Below, one piece after another: positions 1 to 13,634 of a DNA stretch of 64,000 bases. A model generated the notes under the pieces. That model was given only the letters and a program-made list of their open reading frames with translations. It ran no database searches and had not been told where the DNA came from. Origin of the DNA: Octopus sinensis (Eukaryota); assembly GCF_006345805.1 (NCBI RefSeq), contig NC_043014.1, positions 34,596,001-34,660,000 on the forward strand, in the 5' to 3' direction. The position numbers were made by a program, and so were the translations under genes. Every line of letters begins with the position of its first letter. Position 1 is the first letter of the stretch.

Positions 1-129
1 TGAGGGTATCATTATCATTTAATGTCCACTTTCCCATTGGGTGTGTGGGTATTTTGAAAATTCCACATGGAGCAACAACTGCATCCTGCATGGTTATGGG
101 TTGCACTTTGGCAAGGCATATAACCTTTT

Positions 130-450
130 GGATCTTTTTCTTTTGAACGGCAGTTTTCAACACAATTTCTAGTTAACTAAACACTTTAAAACTTCGTATA
201 CTGGTAGAATGTGTAAAAATAAAACATTTTTTTCTCTTGGCGCAGCAAATGATTTTAGCTCAATAGAGGCGATAGGATTGGTTAAAATTCGAAAAATAAA
301 ACTACATTAAACAAACAAATTACAATTTTCCCAAGAAAGCCAAGACAAAAAAATATTTTATTTTGACACATTCTACCAGTATACGAAGTTTTAAAGTGTT
401 TAGTTAACTAGAAATTGCGTTGAAAACTGCTTTTCAAAAGGAAAAGATCC
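130..450. mobile_element. MITE with ~115-bp terminal inverted repeats and GGATC termini (Merlin-like, non-autonomous)
   Basis: 130-245 is the reverse complement of ~335-450; flanked by AACCTTTT (122-129) and AACCCTTT (451-458), an 8-bp TSD with 1 mismatch. Confidence 0.75.
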
Positions 451-701
451 AACCCTTTCAGCTACTTCACCAGTGCTATGTCAAAATCATGGTGGATTGT
501 GAAGAGGTAGTGGAAAAAGCTCAAAGGTGGTTTTTTTTATATCGATGCTGAGTGGAGGAATCCTAGAAGGCCAACGGTCAAGATCACCAAGTTCTATCAG
601 GAGAGGAAACAAAGGGCACCACTTAAATGATGGTGACATTTGTTTACAACTATCACATGATGTCAAGGCAAGGAGACAGTAATAAACACATATACAAATA
701 A

Positions 702-771
<70 letters not shown>

Positions 772-774
772 GAA

Positions 775-1127
775 ATAAAAATCAAATGGAAATTGTAGTT
801 GTGATAGCCATGTCGGTGGCACGTAAAAAGCACCATCCGAACGTGGCCGATGCTAGTGCCACCTGACTGGTGTTCATGTCGGTGACACATAAAAAGCACC
901 AATCGATTGTGGCTGTTTGCCAGCCTCCTCATGCTCCTGTGCCAGTGGCACGTAAAATGCACCCACTACACTCACAGAGTGGTTGGCATTAGGAAGGGCA
1001 TCCAGCTGTAGAAACACTGCCAGATCAAACTGGAGCCTGGTGCAGCCTCCTGGCTTCACAGACCCTGGTCGAACCATCCAACCCATACTAGCATGGAAAA
1101 CAGACGTTAAACGATGATGATGATGAT
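775..1127 (+). mobile_element. Short interspersed repeat with RTE-like (GAT)n tail and internal GGCACGTAAAAAGCACC subrepeats
   Basis: Ends ...ACGTTAAACGATGATGATGATG; related copies at ~1800-2165 (-), ~26640-26975 (-), ~34325-34885 (-) and ~59615-60300 (+). Confidence 0.7.
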
Positions 1128-1799
1128 ATATATATATATAATATAATTCAGTTGGGGATTAATAGAAATGTGGGTATTCTATTTCAAATAATACACAAAA
1201 AATAACTTAATGAGTATATCTGAAAGTAAACTCATGGTATCCATTTGCACATCATGAAATAATACTAAAAGGACATAATCATTATACCAGCAGGGTATAT
1301 ACTATACTTCCTTAATTATCTCCTACTTTGGTTAACACTAAATTAATTAGATATGAAGGAACTACATGTGGTCATTACATATTTTTTTAATGGTCCTTAC
1401 TTATACCTTGTCTTGTATATATCACTGTGTAAAAAACCCGTATAACTGGGAACCCAGTCATGAATTTACAATATAGAATGGTGAACCTTGAACCCTGCCA
1501 CAAGAATACTTGAAGTTCTTTATAAATTTAAACAATATTGTTAGCCTGATGTACTAACAAAGTTTATAAAGTATTTTGCCTGGATTGATAATCTCTCACT
1601 AATAAATCTGTTATATATATATGTGTGTGTGTATATACACACACAACAGTCCCCTTTCAGTTTCTGTCTACTACTTACAAGACTTTAGTTCGCCAGAGAC
1701 TCTAATAAAATCATTTGCTCAAGATGCAATGTAGCGTGACTGAACCTGAAATCATGTGGTTGAGAAGCAAACGTTTTACCATACAGCCATGCCAGCACC

Positions 1800-2165
1800 T
1801 ATCATCATCGTTTAACGTCTGCTTTCCATGCTAGCATGGGTTGGACAGTTCAACTGGAGTCTGGGAAGCCAGAAGGTTGCACCAGGCCCAGTCTGATCTA
1901 GCAGTGTTTCTACAGCTGGATGCCAACCACTCCGTAAGTGTAGTGGGTGCTTTTTATGTGCCACCGGCACAGGTGCCAGACGAGGCTGGCAAACGGCCAC
2001 GATCGGATGGTGCTTTTTACGTGCCACCGGCACGGAGACCAGACGAAGCTGGTAATGGCCATGATCGGATGGTGCTTTTTACGTGCCACCGGCACGGAGG
2101 CCAGTCAGGGCAGTGCTGGCTATGGCCACGTTCGGATGGTTCTCTTATGTGCCACCGGCACTCTC
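1800..2165 (-). mobile_element. Same interspersed repeat family as 775-1127, with tandem internal subrepeats
   Basis: CATCATCGTTTAACGTCTGCTTTCCATGCTAGCATGGGTTGGAC end and repeated GATCGGATGGTGCTTTTTACGTGCCACCGGCAC units. Confidence 0.7.
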
Positions 2166-2977
2166 TTTGTATATTTAGAACTAAATTATGCAATATATCA
2201 TTCCTTTTTCAAGATTGTAGGATGAGATTTGAGGGAAGATGGTTGCTATTTCCAGCAAATCAAGCAACCAAGTACATGCCCCACTCTGTCTCTTGCCTGT
2301 GCTTTAATTGAGATTTCCTGTTGTTAAAGGTGAACAAAACTCTAAATCAAGATCGATTTATCTGAAGACAGTAAGAAGTAGGAAACAGTAATTAAAACAG
2401 CAGATGTTTCAACTCTGGAAAATGCTTTGTCTTTCTTTCCTTCTTTTTTCTATTGATTAATTCCAGAAAGTTTTAAGTGAAAAATTACTTCAGAATAGCG
2501 TGCTTTTATTATTTTTTTTTTGCTTAATTATTAAGCAAGAAGTGTGTGCAGGTAGGATGAGGAGTGCCATGAACTCTGTAGGCCTTTCCAAACTGTGGCC
2601 TACCAATGTGGTTTATGTTCAGTCTAAATGTCTGTAAGTTAATTCTAACAGTCAGAAAGGGGATTCCACGTAGTAAAGTGTTTAGTATGAAGGCCGGGTG
2701 GAACAAGGTAAGAAAACATAGAAGGGAGTGAGAAGAGAGAAGATAAAAGGTGAATGCATCAGGTAACCTAGGAAAGAGGTACTATGTGGCTTGTTAGTTT
2801 AGAAGAGCAGATGTCGCAGTAGCAATACAGGAGATAGAGACAAAAGAAACAGCATGTGTCTGTGAATCAGTGTCTGTCGGTCTGTCAAATGGTGATTAAT
2901 AAATCTTTGCCAATTAGTCAGGTGACCTTTTGGATGCAGCCTAGGAATTTTATGTGTGCAGCAGCAAATCTACCTTC

Positions 2978-3380
2978 GGATCTTTTCGGTTTGAACGGCA
3001 GTTTTTTCTAGCGGCGTCATATGAAATTGTCACTCATAATTATGACCCTAGAATCGATCTATTACATTTCAATCTCTTTTAGGGTTAGGGTTAGTTAGGG
3101 TAAGGGTATCTTTTTTCTTCACAAATGTAAATAAACCCAATCTGTTTCTTAAATGAGGAACATATTCACACGGCACAAAATGCTTTTTAACTCAATAGAC
3201 GTTACTGATTGGTTGAAATTGAAGAAAAAAACAACAAATATCTTACAAACTATAGAATTTTCTCAATAAAGCTAAGAGAAAAAGATGTTTTATAAACACA
3301 TTCTACCAGTATATGAAGTTTGAAATTTTTTAGTTACCTAGAAATTATGTTAAAAACTGCTGTTCAAACCGAAAAGGTCC
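2978..3380. mobile_element. MITE related to 130-450, containing TTAGGG-like repeats
   Basis: TIRs GGATCTTTTCGGTTTGAACGGCAGTTTTT / AAAAACTGCTGTTCAAACCGAAAAGGTCC; TSD CTACCTTC (2970-2977) / CTACCTTG (3381-3388). Confidence 0.75.
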
Positions 3381-5197
3381 CTACCTTGAATGCATGAGTA
3401 TCACTCAAGTGTGGATCTTACTTGAGTTTTGGAGAGAGTAAGCAATTGATAAGAGCTGGAGTATCTTCTCATATTGGAGAGAGCGGTTTGGTTTTTGATA
3501 TGTATATTTGGTCACGTAGTACTGTTATCAGTGAACGTAAGATCATGCATTTGTAATAGCTTTAATTGTGACGTAAGGGAGGGTGTAGTGCAAGATTTGT
3601 TTCCTTGATATGCGATAAATTATTCACTTGTACCATATTCTAAACAGTAACATATTTAACTGTCGTCAACCACTTTAAGCCAGAGATATCCCCACCCCCC
3701 AGCTTAGCTCTTTTTTAATGCCAGAATATGCAGTGAGAAAATAATTCTCTGAGAAACACACATTACATTTTCCAATGACACACAACACAATTCTCAGAGA
3801 CACAGATTACAGTTGCTATAGACTCACAACACAATTCCAAAAGACACCCAACACCACTCCCAAAGACAATACAATGGCTTACTAGTCTGATTCAAAGAAA
3901 AGCACAGTTTAATAGAAAATAAATAACTCAGAGACACCATCTGCATGAAAAATAATAAAGTCATAGAGAGAGAGCATTTTCTCTGTTTTATAAAAGTAAC
4001 CAGAGATAATGGCATACATATAACTGGTCCATGAACATAGCACAGTTCCTTAGCCCTTTTAATATTCAAATGTCTCTGTCAAATGTATAGCTTATTTATT
4101 CACATTGATATGAATTAAATATGCATTACCTTGTAGTTTTGAGATTTTAATGAAATGATTGTTTATTTTTTGAATAATATTGTAGGGTAAGTGTGAAAGA
4201 CTGGATCTGGCCAGTTTGAAGGCAATACAAGTAGATTATTTTGGCTGGATATAACCAGTTTAAATGCTGAAGGATTAAGCATAACATGAACTTTTAATGC
4301 AGTGGTGCTCTACTGGGGTCTACATGATCCTTGGGGGTCTGAATAAGATTTTGTTGTTAAACTTTATCCACAATAAATTGATTATACTCTCTTTACTCTT
4401 TTACTTGTTTCAGTCATTTGACTGTGGCCATGCTGGAGCACCACCTTTAGTTGAGCAAATCAACCCCAGGACTTATTCTTTGTAAACCCAGTACTTATTC
4501 TATCGGTCTCTTTTGGACAAAGGGGCCCCATTGTGGGATTGAACCCAAAACATTGTAGCTGAAAAGTGATCTCCATAATGACACATCTATGTCCATGTCT
4601 TGTTCTGACCGACATGCTCTGTTCAGTTCTGCCTGTCATGTAAACAAACACAAAAAGATTATTTCAACACAAAAGGCAAGATGACAGGCAGAAAAATAAT
4701 ATTTAACAATTACTTTTCAATAAGACGCGTGCAATGCACAAGCAGGAAAATAGTAATTTGCAAGTCATACATACAGATATATATATATATATCCGGTAAT
4801 ATAAGTTTCTTCAAAGAGTGTCAATATGCATTCTTAATGACGATAATGACCATGACAACAATGATTATGATGAATGTCTTTCAATGAATGAAATTTGAGG
4901 AATGAGTCCTGATTCATCTTTAAACCTCTATGTTTCTAAGTACAAAATTATATAACTATCATCATCATCATCATCGACAGGAGCTAACCAGGCAGAAGAC
5001 TTCTGCGTCTGTTTAGGCATGGTTATTAATGGCTGGATGCCCTTCCCTGCAGAGTAGACTGAGTGCTTTTTACGTGGCACCAGCATGGGCGAGTTTTGGT
5101 GTCAAATTATATATAGATATACATACCTACATACAAAAGCACACACACACATTTATTTCGCTATTTATATTTTCACAGTGGAGGCACATGGTCTAGT

Positions 5198-5480
5198 GGT
5201 TAGAGCAGCGGACTCATGGTCGAGGGATCGCGGGTTCGAATCTCAGACCGGGCGATGTGTATGTTTATGAGTGAAACACCTAAGTTCCATGCAGCTCCAA
5301 CAGAAGGTAATGGCAAACTTCTGCTGACTCTTTTGCCACAGCTTTCTCTCACTCTTTCCTCCTGCATCTTGCAGCTCACCTGCGACGGACCAGCGTCCCA
5401 TCCGGGTGGAGAACTTATACAGCAAGGAAACCGGGAAACCGGCCCTAATGAGCCAGGCGTGGCTCAAGAAGGAACAAACA
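5198..5480 (+). mobile_element. tRNA-derived SINE (family beginning TGGAGGC..ATGG)
   Basis: tRNA-like A/B boxes (TGGTCTAGTGG...GGTTCGAATC); homologous to 55730-56113 (+), ~6130-6455 (-) and ~36430-36735 (-). Confidence 0.75.
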
Positions 5481-6499
5481 GCAATATTTTCACAATGTAT
5501 CTGCTTTGCTGTTTGTTAGGTTTACCTTTACTATGCATTGCTTCACAGATTTCAATAAACAACCACACAATGTTTGTAACAGCCTCTGTATATATTGCTA
5601 TTTTATAAATATGGTGATGTATAAAGATGTAGAGAGAGAGAGAGAGAGGGAGAGAGAGAGAGAGAGAGAGGAGAAAGACAGAGAAACTCCTGATGCAGGT
5701 CTGATACTCAACCCAAGACAGATGATTACTACACAAAGTTAACATTCAAATAAAGAGGCAAACTCTATGTTATAACATGATTGAATACTTTATTGAATAG
5801 TAACGGTCTTACTAATATAACCAAGAAAATTCATACACCACCACCACACACACAATGTATATATGTAGGTAAATATCTATGTACACATGAATAGAATTCA
5901 TGATATATAGAATGTCATATTTGCAAATCAATAACCAAACCACATATTAAATTAAATAAATGGAGGTGATTTACCCTTGCACTTTTACAATTACTTAAAT
6001 GCTGATTTGCATTATGCAACAATTCCTACATGTTATACTCAACATGCGTGTCTGTAGAGTATATGAGATATATGTATACACTCATACACACACACATTTA
6101 TATATTGCATTAAGCACTTTACTGTCAGTAACATAAATAGGATATGTGATCACCGTGACCGACCAGGCTATCAGATGTTGTTACACATCGCTGGTCACAA
6201 TGCACTTTGCATTGTTTTAGTCTTCAAATGATGCCACCCCGCTGGCTAAGCGAGCAGGCCAACAGTAGAAAGAGTGAGAGAAAGTTGTGGCGAAAGAGTA
6301 CAGCAGGGATCGCCACCATCACCACCCTGCCGGAGCCTCATGGAGCTTTAAGTGTTTTCGCTCAATAAACACTCACAACGCCTGGTCTGGGAATCGAAAC
6401 CGCAATCCTACGACCGTGAGTCCGCTGCCCTAACCACTGGGCCATTGCACCTCCACAAATAGGCTATGTAAGACTCTATAATGTGTATACCCTCTACAT

Positions 6500-6946
6500 C
6501 AGTGGCTCTCAACCATTTTTTGCCTATGGACTCCTTTGATTTCTATTTTACTCTACTGGGCCTCCACAGTCACTTGATGTATATATAAAACATTGTACTG
6601 CCATCATCATCCTCATTATCATCATTTAATGTCCTCCTTCCATGCTGGTAGAGGTTTGATGGTTTGACAGGAGCTGGTCAGGAAGAAGAGTGCACCATAC
6701 TTCTATGTCTGTTTTGGCATGGTTTTTATGGCTGGATGCCCTTCCTAACACCAACCACCCCACAGAATGAGTGCTTTTTACGTGGCACCAACACTGTATT
6801 TTCATAGTGAGATATTATTATGAATTGGATAAAAAAATTAAAATATTTTGAGTGTTGTAGAAGTATAAGTAATTTATTGCACATAAATTTTAACAAAAAC
6901 CTTATATGGTCCCCCAAGGGTCATTTAAACACTGACTGAGAACCAG
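6500..6946. mobile_element. hAT-like MITE (CAGTGG ends) carrying an inserted repeat fragment
   Basis: CAGTGGCTCTCAACC left end and TGAGAACCAG right end; imperfect 8-bp flanks CTCTACAT/TTCTATAT; homologous to 57745-57999. Confidence 0.55.
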
Positions 6947-7353
6947 TTCTATATGGATGAATAGTCAAGAAGTTACATTCACAATCTTGATGTCCTGAGT
7001 TCAATAACACTGGTCAACACTTTGAGCCAGTGTCTTTAACATAGCCTCAAGTTGATTTATGCCTTGTGAGTGAAATTTGGTTGATGGAAAACCTATAGAA
7101 ACACAATGGATGGGCATTACTTGTAATTCAAAACATCAGTCTTTTCACATTGTGCCATTGTTATACTGACTCTACTTGACAATTACATTAAGGACATCTG
7201 TGGAATACTCAGCCACTTTTCATGCTAATTCAATGGGTAGGTCATACAGTTCATTGAACAACTGGATGCTCAGATATGTATGTACCACAGGTGCAGGTAT
7301 AGCATGATACACAAAAGTATACAATAACAATTTTGAAATAATTCAGGATACCT

Positions 7354-7580
7354 GTTTCTTTATTACCCACAAGGGGCTAAACACAGAGGGGACAAACAAG
7401 GACAGACATAGGTATTAAGTTGATTACATCGACCCCAGTGCGTAACTGGTACTTAATTTATCGACCCTGAAAGGATGAAAGGCAAAGTTGACCTCGGCGG
7501 AATTTGAACTCACAACGTAACGGCAGACGAAATACCGCTAAGCATTTCGCCCGGCGTGCTAATGTTTCTGCCAGCTCACA
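7354..7580 (-). mobile_element. tRNA-derived SINE (family with GCCTTTCATCCTTTC-type domain)
   Basis: Reverse complement of GAGCTGGCAGAAACATTAGCACGCCGGGCGAAATG...GCCTTTCATCC; flanked by duplicated AAATAATTCAGGATACC (17-bp TSD). Confidence 0.8.
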
Positions 7581-9189
7581 GAAATAATTCAGGATACCAT
7601 CAGCAACATGATGGAACCAACACCATCACATCATGAATAATACAATTATACCACAACAACCATTGATTATCATTCTGTTGGCATCATATTGTCAATGTTC
7701 ACAGATTTTATAAATGTTACTATCACTCCATCACCGTCATCTAATGCCAGTTTCCTATGCTGGAATGAGTTGGACAGTTTGATGGCAGCGAGCAAGCCAG
7801 GGAATTGTGTCAAGCGCTGTTGTCTGCTTTGGCATGGTTTCTATGGCTGGATGCCCTTCTTAATGCCATTGCCATAAGAAACAAGCAAACCAGTAACCCA
7901 CTACAATACTCTCACTGGTATTCTGCCGATTATGATAAGGGTTCCAGTTGATCTGACTGATGGAACATCCTGCTCATGAAGTTAACATGCAAGTAACCGA
8001 GTACTCCTCAGTTACACATACCTATTTCTTTACTACCCACAAGGGTCTAAACACAGAGGGGACAAACAAAGACAGACAAACGGATTGAGTCGATTATATC
8101 AACCTCAGTGCGTAACTGGTACATATTTAATTGACCCCGAAAGGATGAAAGGTAAAGTCGACCTCGGCGGAATTTGAACTCAGAACATAGCAGCAGGTGA
8201 AATACCGCTAAGCATTTCACCCAGCGTGCTAACGTTTCTGCCAGCTCACCACCTTAGTTACACATACCTTTAACATAGTTCCCAGGGAGATTCAGTATGA
8301 CACAAAATGTGATAAGGCTGGCCCTTGTGAAATGCAGATACTACTCATTTCTACCAGCTGAAATAAGGGGTTTTGCTCAAGGACACAATGCACCACTGGG
8401 AACGGAACACATGACCTTACGATCATGAGCTGAACACCCTAACCACTAAGCCATGTGCCTTCACGCAATACTCTTATTATTCTTATTTTAGTGTCCTTTT
8501 TCTGAAATATTTCATCACATCCTGTGACCTCTTCAGTGATGCTCCATCCCACGTCTCCTCCTGTTCTGTTTAGTCCATTTCCTTATGTGGTTATTTGGAA
8601 GGGGGCGGAAAAAAAAAGGAAGACCATCCCCAAATATAACATCTATTTCAACACACGATTTCACATCAGGAATCTTGTAAAACAAAAGCATTGTGTGTGT
8701 GAGTGAGTATATATATATATATATATATATATAAGAGGGTATTGTATTGTTTGTGAGATGTAACATGTTTGGAAGTATTGTGTATTGTTTGTGGAATGTA
8801 ACATATCTGGAATGGTACAACAATGCAGAGTGGACTATAATAACTGTTATAGATAATTTAATTATTCATAGTCTCATATAATATTTCGGAATATAAAAAT
8901 TCCTTCTTCAGATATTGCTAGGAATTAATAGAGTCACTGCCATAATCGGTTTTCCAACAGTTACAGAAATATGTTGGAAGAGTCCTTGCAGTGGCCTTAT
9001 GAAGCTCCTTCCGGAATTCCCCATGAGAAGTGCATGAGGGCGGTATGTCTCAAGCTCATGAGTTGGCATATCCACAGCGCTGCTTCCAAGTTATGTGTTA
9101 TACATGCATTTTTTTTTTTAATTTTAAATTTTAAAAAAATATTTTTTTTACACAAGCATGTTAACATTGTGCGTGCAGGGTTTTGATGT

Positions 9190-10000
9190 TAAATAAGATA
9201 GTGATTGTTAATTTCCAACCTGTTGTTAATTTGGGGCCCTAGTCTGTCTATGAGGATAGCCTCCTTAATTCTTAAATTTCCTAAATTTCTGTCATTGGCC
9301 TCAATTGTGACTTATGTTTTTGTCGGTGTTCCGGCATTCGTCTAGATGTTTTCTCAAGGAGGGGGCTCGTGTGTTTAGATGTTCTTTGGTGCAAATGTGT
9401 AATGGTCTTGTTGTGCTACCCACAGAAATTGTTGCATTTGTTACATTGACTTCAATACACAACATTTACCCATTGATATAAATCTGTGTCATGGATGAGG
9501 CAATTAGCAAGAATGAATTGATTGCTGTCCCTTGCTCGTTTCTTTGCTAGGTGTCTTCTCAAAGGGGGGCTAGTTGTAAGTCTAATCCTTCTCTTATGGC
9601 TCTTTGGATGGCTGTGGTTATCCACTCACTAAAATAGGGTATTTTAGGGGAAGTATGTGTTGCTGGGTTTTCTGCGTGTCTGGCATGTTTGTCGTCTTGG
9701 GTACTTAAACCAATTCACAATGGATATAGGGTACCCGTTGGTTTTCAGTACCTCTAGGAAGCATGTGGTGTGGGTCACCTTGTCCTCCGTCCTGCTGCAC
9801 TTGCTCTGGATGCGTGTTTTGTTGGTCTGAGGGCAGTTGGTGCAGTCCTTTGATGACTTTGGAGTTCTTGACATGTCCAGGAAAGGTGGAGAGTATGGGT
9901 TTCAGGATGTGGAATGTTATAAACATAACAAATATGAGCTCTAAAACAATGATAGCCAATGGACAAACAGGATAGCCAATGGACAATATAGACAAATATC
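9190..10000 (-). pseudogene. Degenerate Penelope-like element fragment (RT thumb, linker, GIY-YIG)
   Basis: Broken minus-strand frames give ..LKTNGYP.., CNKCNNF-VGSTTRP and a second L-EKTSRR-PEHR-like segment, resembling the PLE thumb and GIY-YIG regions; many frameshifts. Confidence 0.65.
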
Positions 10001-10056
10001 ATACAACATAAATTTTTGTTTTATTACAATTATCTCCACCTCTAGAGGATGTGCCA

Positions 10057-10830
10057 TCTATCTATATATAAAACAAAGGATGTCTATGTGTGTATAGTAC
10101 ATATGCATTTCTACAGTTTTCAACCAATTTTCACCAAACTTTGCACACACATTACTTATGTGCCAAGGATGGTCATGCACTATAACATTTTGCCCAGAGC
10201 TCCTGCATAAAGCAAGAAACCGGGGGAAAATAGTGTTTTACATGGGTTTTTCTCTAAAAATTCTGCAGTTTTCAACCGATTCTCTTCTTTTTCTCTCTTT
10301 GTTTATTTCTCTCTTCTCCCTCTTTTTCTCATTCTCTATTTCTCTTACTTACACATATTCTCTCTCACCCTCTGTAATAGTTCCTATCTTTTAGCCTATG
10401 TCTGTTTCTTTAACTCTCTCTCACTCTCCAACTGACACACTTGCTAACTTCTGTCTACAAATTATCAAGAGTGATACCGGAATGGACATAGCCAATCTGA
10501 AAGAAGTGGCCCAGGATAGAACTGACTGGAGACACTGATCCAACAAGTGACCGAGAGTCAACTTCGACTGAGCAGATAGAGAGAGAATATTTCAATTAGT
10601 TGTGCATAAAAATCTCTGTTGTTATGGTTTTTGTATGTTTTCCTTGAAAAATAATTTAGTTATTTTTCATTGACATATATCAAAAATATTTTGTACGTTT
10701 TTGTGAATTTCGGTATGTTTTGGCATGGAATTCTTATGTTTTTCAAAAAAGCCTTGGCAGTACTAGAAAATAAGTGTTCTTAAAATGATGAAGCGTTCAC
10801 ACCCCGAGCAAAGCCAGATACCTCTGCTAG
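10057..10830 (+). mobile_element. Helitron-like non-autonomous element, containing an RTE-like 3' fragment at ~10470-10580
   Basis: Starts A|TCTATCTATATATAAAA; ends with imperfect hairpin CCCGAGCAAAGCCAGA then CTAG|T; no TSD. Confidence 0.55.
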
Positions 10831-11504
10831 TAATTACTAAATGATAATTAACCCATTCAAAGTCCATAATTCAACTATGAATATTATTTATAAATTTTTA
10901 CATTTTTTTAGCTCCAAGGAATTCCTCAAGTACATGTCTGCTGTTATATGCTAATTTTAAGAGTATACTTGGAGAATACTATAAACATGAAGTATATAAC
11001 AAAAGAAACACAAAAAGACTGTATGATATTTATATTGAATTTAAAATCTTTGTCCCCGAAAATGAGATATTGGCTGTTAATAATTTAAGACCAGCTCTTA
11101 TATAAGAAAGGGAAATAGTCTTAAGAATTAAGACCTCTCCAAAGTTGATAAGGAAAAGAACAGGATTACAATCAGGAGAAAGATGGACAGATGTGGACAT
11201 GTGCATTCAATATATCTTTTTGTGGTATATATATATATATATTTAGTCATTACAGATATAGGGTGAAATATAATTAATTTAATAAAATCAACAAATTTCA
11301 CCTAGTAGTATTTCGGTATGGAAAAGGACCATATTTGGTAAAAATGTGTGATTTCATTATTTTTCTTCTTTTTTTGCCATATGTGAGTTACAAATATTGT
11401 TGTCTGTGGAGACTTATTTCTGTAGTAAAAGGAAATAGTAGTCTTTTGGCTGCTATTTCTAAAATTTTTGGTATGTGCTTAAGCAACTTGTTGCAAAAAA
11501 CCCT

Positions 11505-11565
<61 letters not shown>

Positions 11566-12257
11566 CGCATATAAACAAACACACATTTACACACACACAC
11601 ACACACATTTATATATATATATATACACATACATACAAACATACAAGTATATAATATGTCACTTTTTACCTGTTTTTCAAGCTGTATCTTTCAATATATC
11701 TTGTAACTCAGACCATATCTGATTGTCTTGATACATACAGAATTGTAAACGCATACACTTCTCCCTCTCTCTTTCTCTCCCACACTCAGTACACATACAT
11801 TTGTCTTTGTTATTTCAATTGAATTTTTATCAGATAAAAGTGTGTGTGTATATATACATATATATATTTACATACATACATACATACATACAACATCGGA
11901 TGAGTACTTTAATATGAAACCCTGGAGTGTAAAACCAAATAAATGTCTAGTCATCGTCAATTTACTATAATAGTAATTAACTATGATTGGTTAGTTAAAC
12001 TGATAAAGCACAAAAATCTACAAACGGCAAAGAAATAGACAAAAATATAAATGAAAAAACAACTAATGCAGGTCTTTAGGTGTATAAGGTAATAAAAAAA
12101 GTGCAAAGTCATTGTGAAAAGAACATGCTGGAAATTCTGTCATGGTTTTTATAGTTCAGTGAATTCCAGAAAATAAGGTGAGAACCACCAGAAAGGTCCT
12201 GATAACGGCAGCAGTGTGTGTGTATGTGTGTGTGTGTGTTTATGTGAGGGTGTGTGT

Positions 12258-12470
12258 ATGGCTTTTGACATCAGATTTTTACAATTGTTAAGGACATTAA
12301 AATTTAAGGAGACAGTTACTTGAAGGTGTGTGTGTGTGTGTTTATGTGAGGGTGTGTGTGTGTTTATGTGTGTGTGTTGTGTGTTTACGTGTGTGTGTGT
12401 GTGAGTGGCTTTTACCATCAGATTTTAACAATTGTTAAGGACATTAAGATTTAAGGAGACAGTTACTTGA

Positions 12471-12508
<38 letters not shown>

Positions 12509-12735
12509 GTGTGTGTGTGTTTATGTGTGTGTGTTTATGTGAGGGTGTGTGTATGGCTTTTGACATCAGATTTTTACAATTGTTAAGGACATTAAGATTT
12601 AAGGAGCCAGCTACTTGAAGGTGTGTGTGTGGAGTGTGTGTGTGTGTGTTTATGTGTGTGTGTGTACATGGCTTTTGACATCAGATTTTAACAATTATTA
12701 AGGACATTAACATTTAAGGAGACAGTTACTTGAAG

Positions 12736-12771
<36 letters not shown>

Positions 12772-12948
12772 ATGGCTTTTGGCATCAGATTTTAACAATT
12801 GTTAAGGACATTAACATTTAAGGAGACAGTTACTTGAAGGTGTGTGTGTGTGTGTGTGTGTGTGGAGTGTGTGTGTGTGTGAGTGGCTTTTGACATCAGA
12901 TTTTTACAACTGTTAAGGACATTAAGATTTAAGGAGACAGTTACTTGA

Positions 12949-13022
<74 letters not shown>

Positions 13023-13634
13023 AGTGTGTGTGTTTATGTGTGCATGGCTTTTGACATCAGATTTTTACAATTGTTAAGGACATTAAGATTTAAGGAGCCA
13101 GCTACTTGAAGGTGTGTGTGTGTGGAGTGTATGTGTGTGTGTTTATGTGTGTGTGTGTGAGTGGCTTTTACCATCAGATTTTAACAATTGTCAAGGACAT
13201 TAAGATTTAAGGAGCCAGTTATTTGAAGGTGTGTGTATGTATGTGTGTGTGGAGTGTATGTGTGTGTGTTTATGTGTGTGTACATGGCTTTTGACACCAG
13301 ATTTTAACAATTGTTAAGGACATTAAGATTTAAGGAGCCAGTTATTTGAAGGTGTGTGTATGTATGTGTGTGTTTATGTGTGTGTGTGTACATGGCTTTT
13401 GACATCAGATTTTAACAATTGTTAAGGACATTAAGATTTAAGGAGCCAGTTATTTGAAGGTGTGTGTGTGTGTGTGTGTGTATGTGGAGTGAGTGTGTGT
13501 GAGTGTTTATGTGTGTGTGTGTATGTGGAGTGAGTGTGTGTGTGTGTTTATGTGAGGGTGTGTACATGGCTTTTGACATCAGATTTTAACAATTGTTAAG
13601 GACAATAAGATTTAAGGAGACAGTTACTTGAAGG
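12258..13634. repeat. Compound tandem array: 11 copies of a ~69-bp conserved unit separated by variable-length (GT)n spacers
   Basis: Unit ATGGCTTTTGACATCAGATTTTAACAATTGTTAAGGACATTAAGATTTAAGGAGACAGTTACTTGAAGG starts at ~12258, 12405, 12553, 12668, 12772, 12883, 13044, 13161, 13284, 13392 and 13566. Confidence 0.95.

Noticed and set aside
1400-1518. Open minus-strand segment between AG and GTAAGG
   Set aside because: Weak acceptor, unrecognised peptide, and a length compatible with chance.
1841-2311. 156-aa ORF and similar ORFs at 34380, 14061 and 26793
   Set aside because: They lie within a high-copy interspersed repeat and show no protein motifs.
4626-4694. 13-bp perfect stem (TTCTGCCTGTCAT/ATGACAGGCAGAA) as a pre-miRNA
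   Set aside because: The stem is too short and the ~40-nt loop too large; no recognisable mature miRNA.
12258-13634. CRISPR-like repeat-spacer array
   Set aside because: The spacers are (GT)n microsatellite, not unique sequence; the repeats are ~69 bp; there are no cas genes; the context is eukaryotic.
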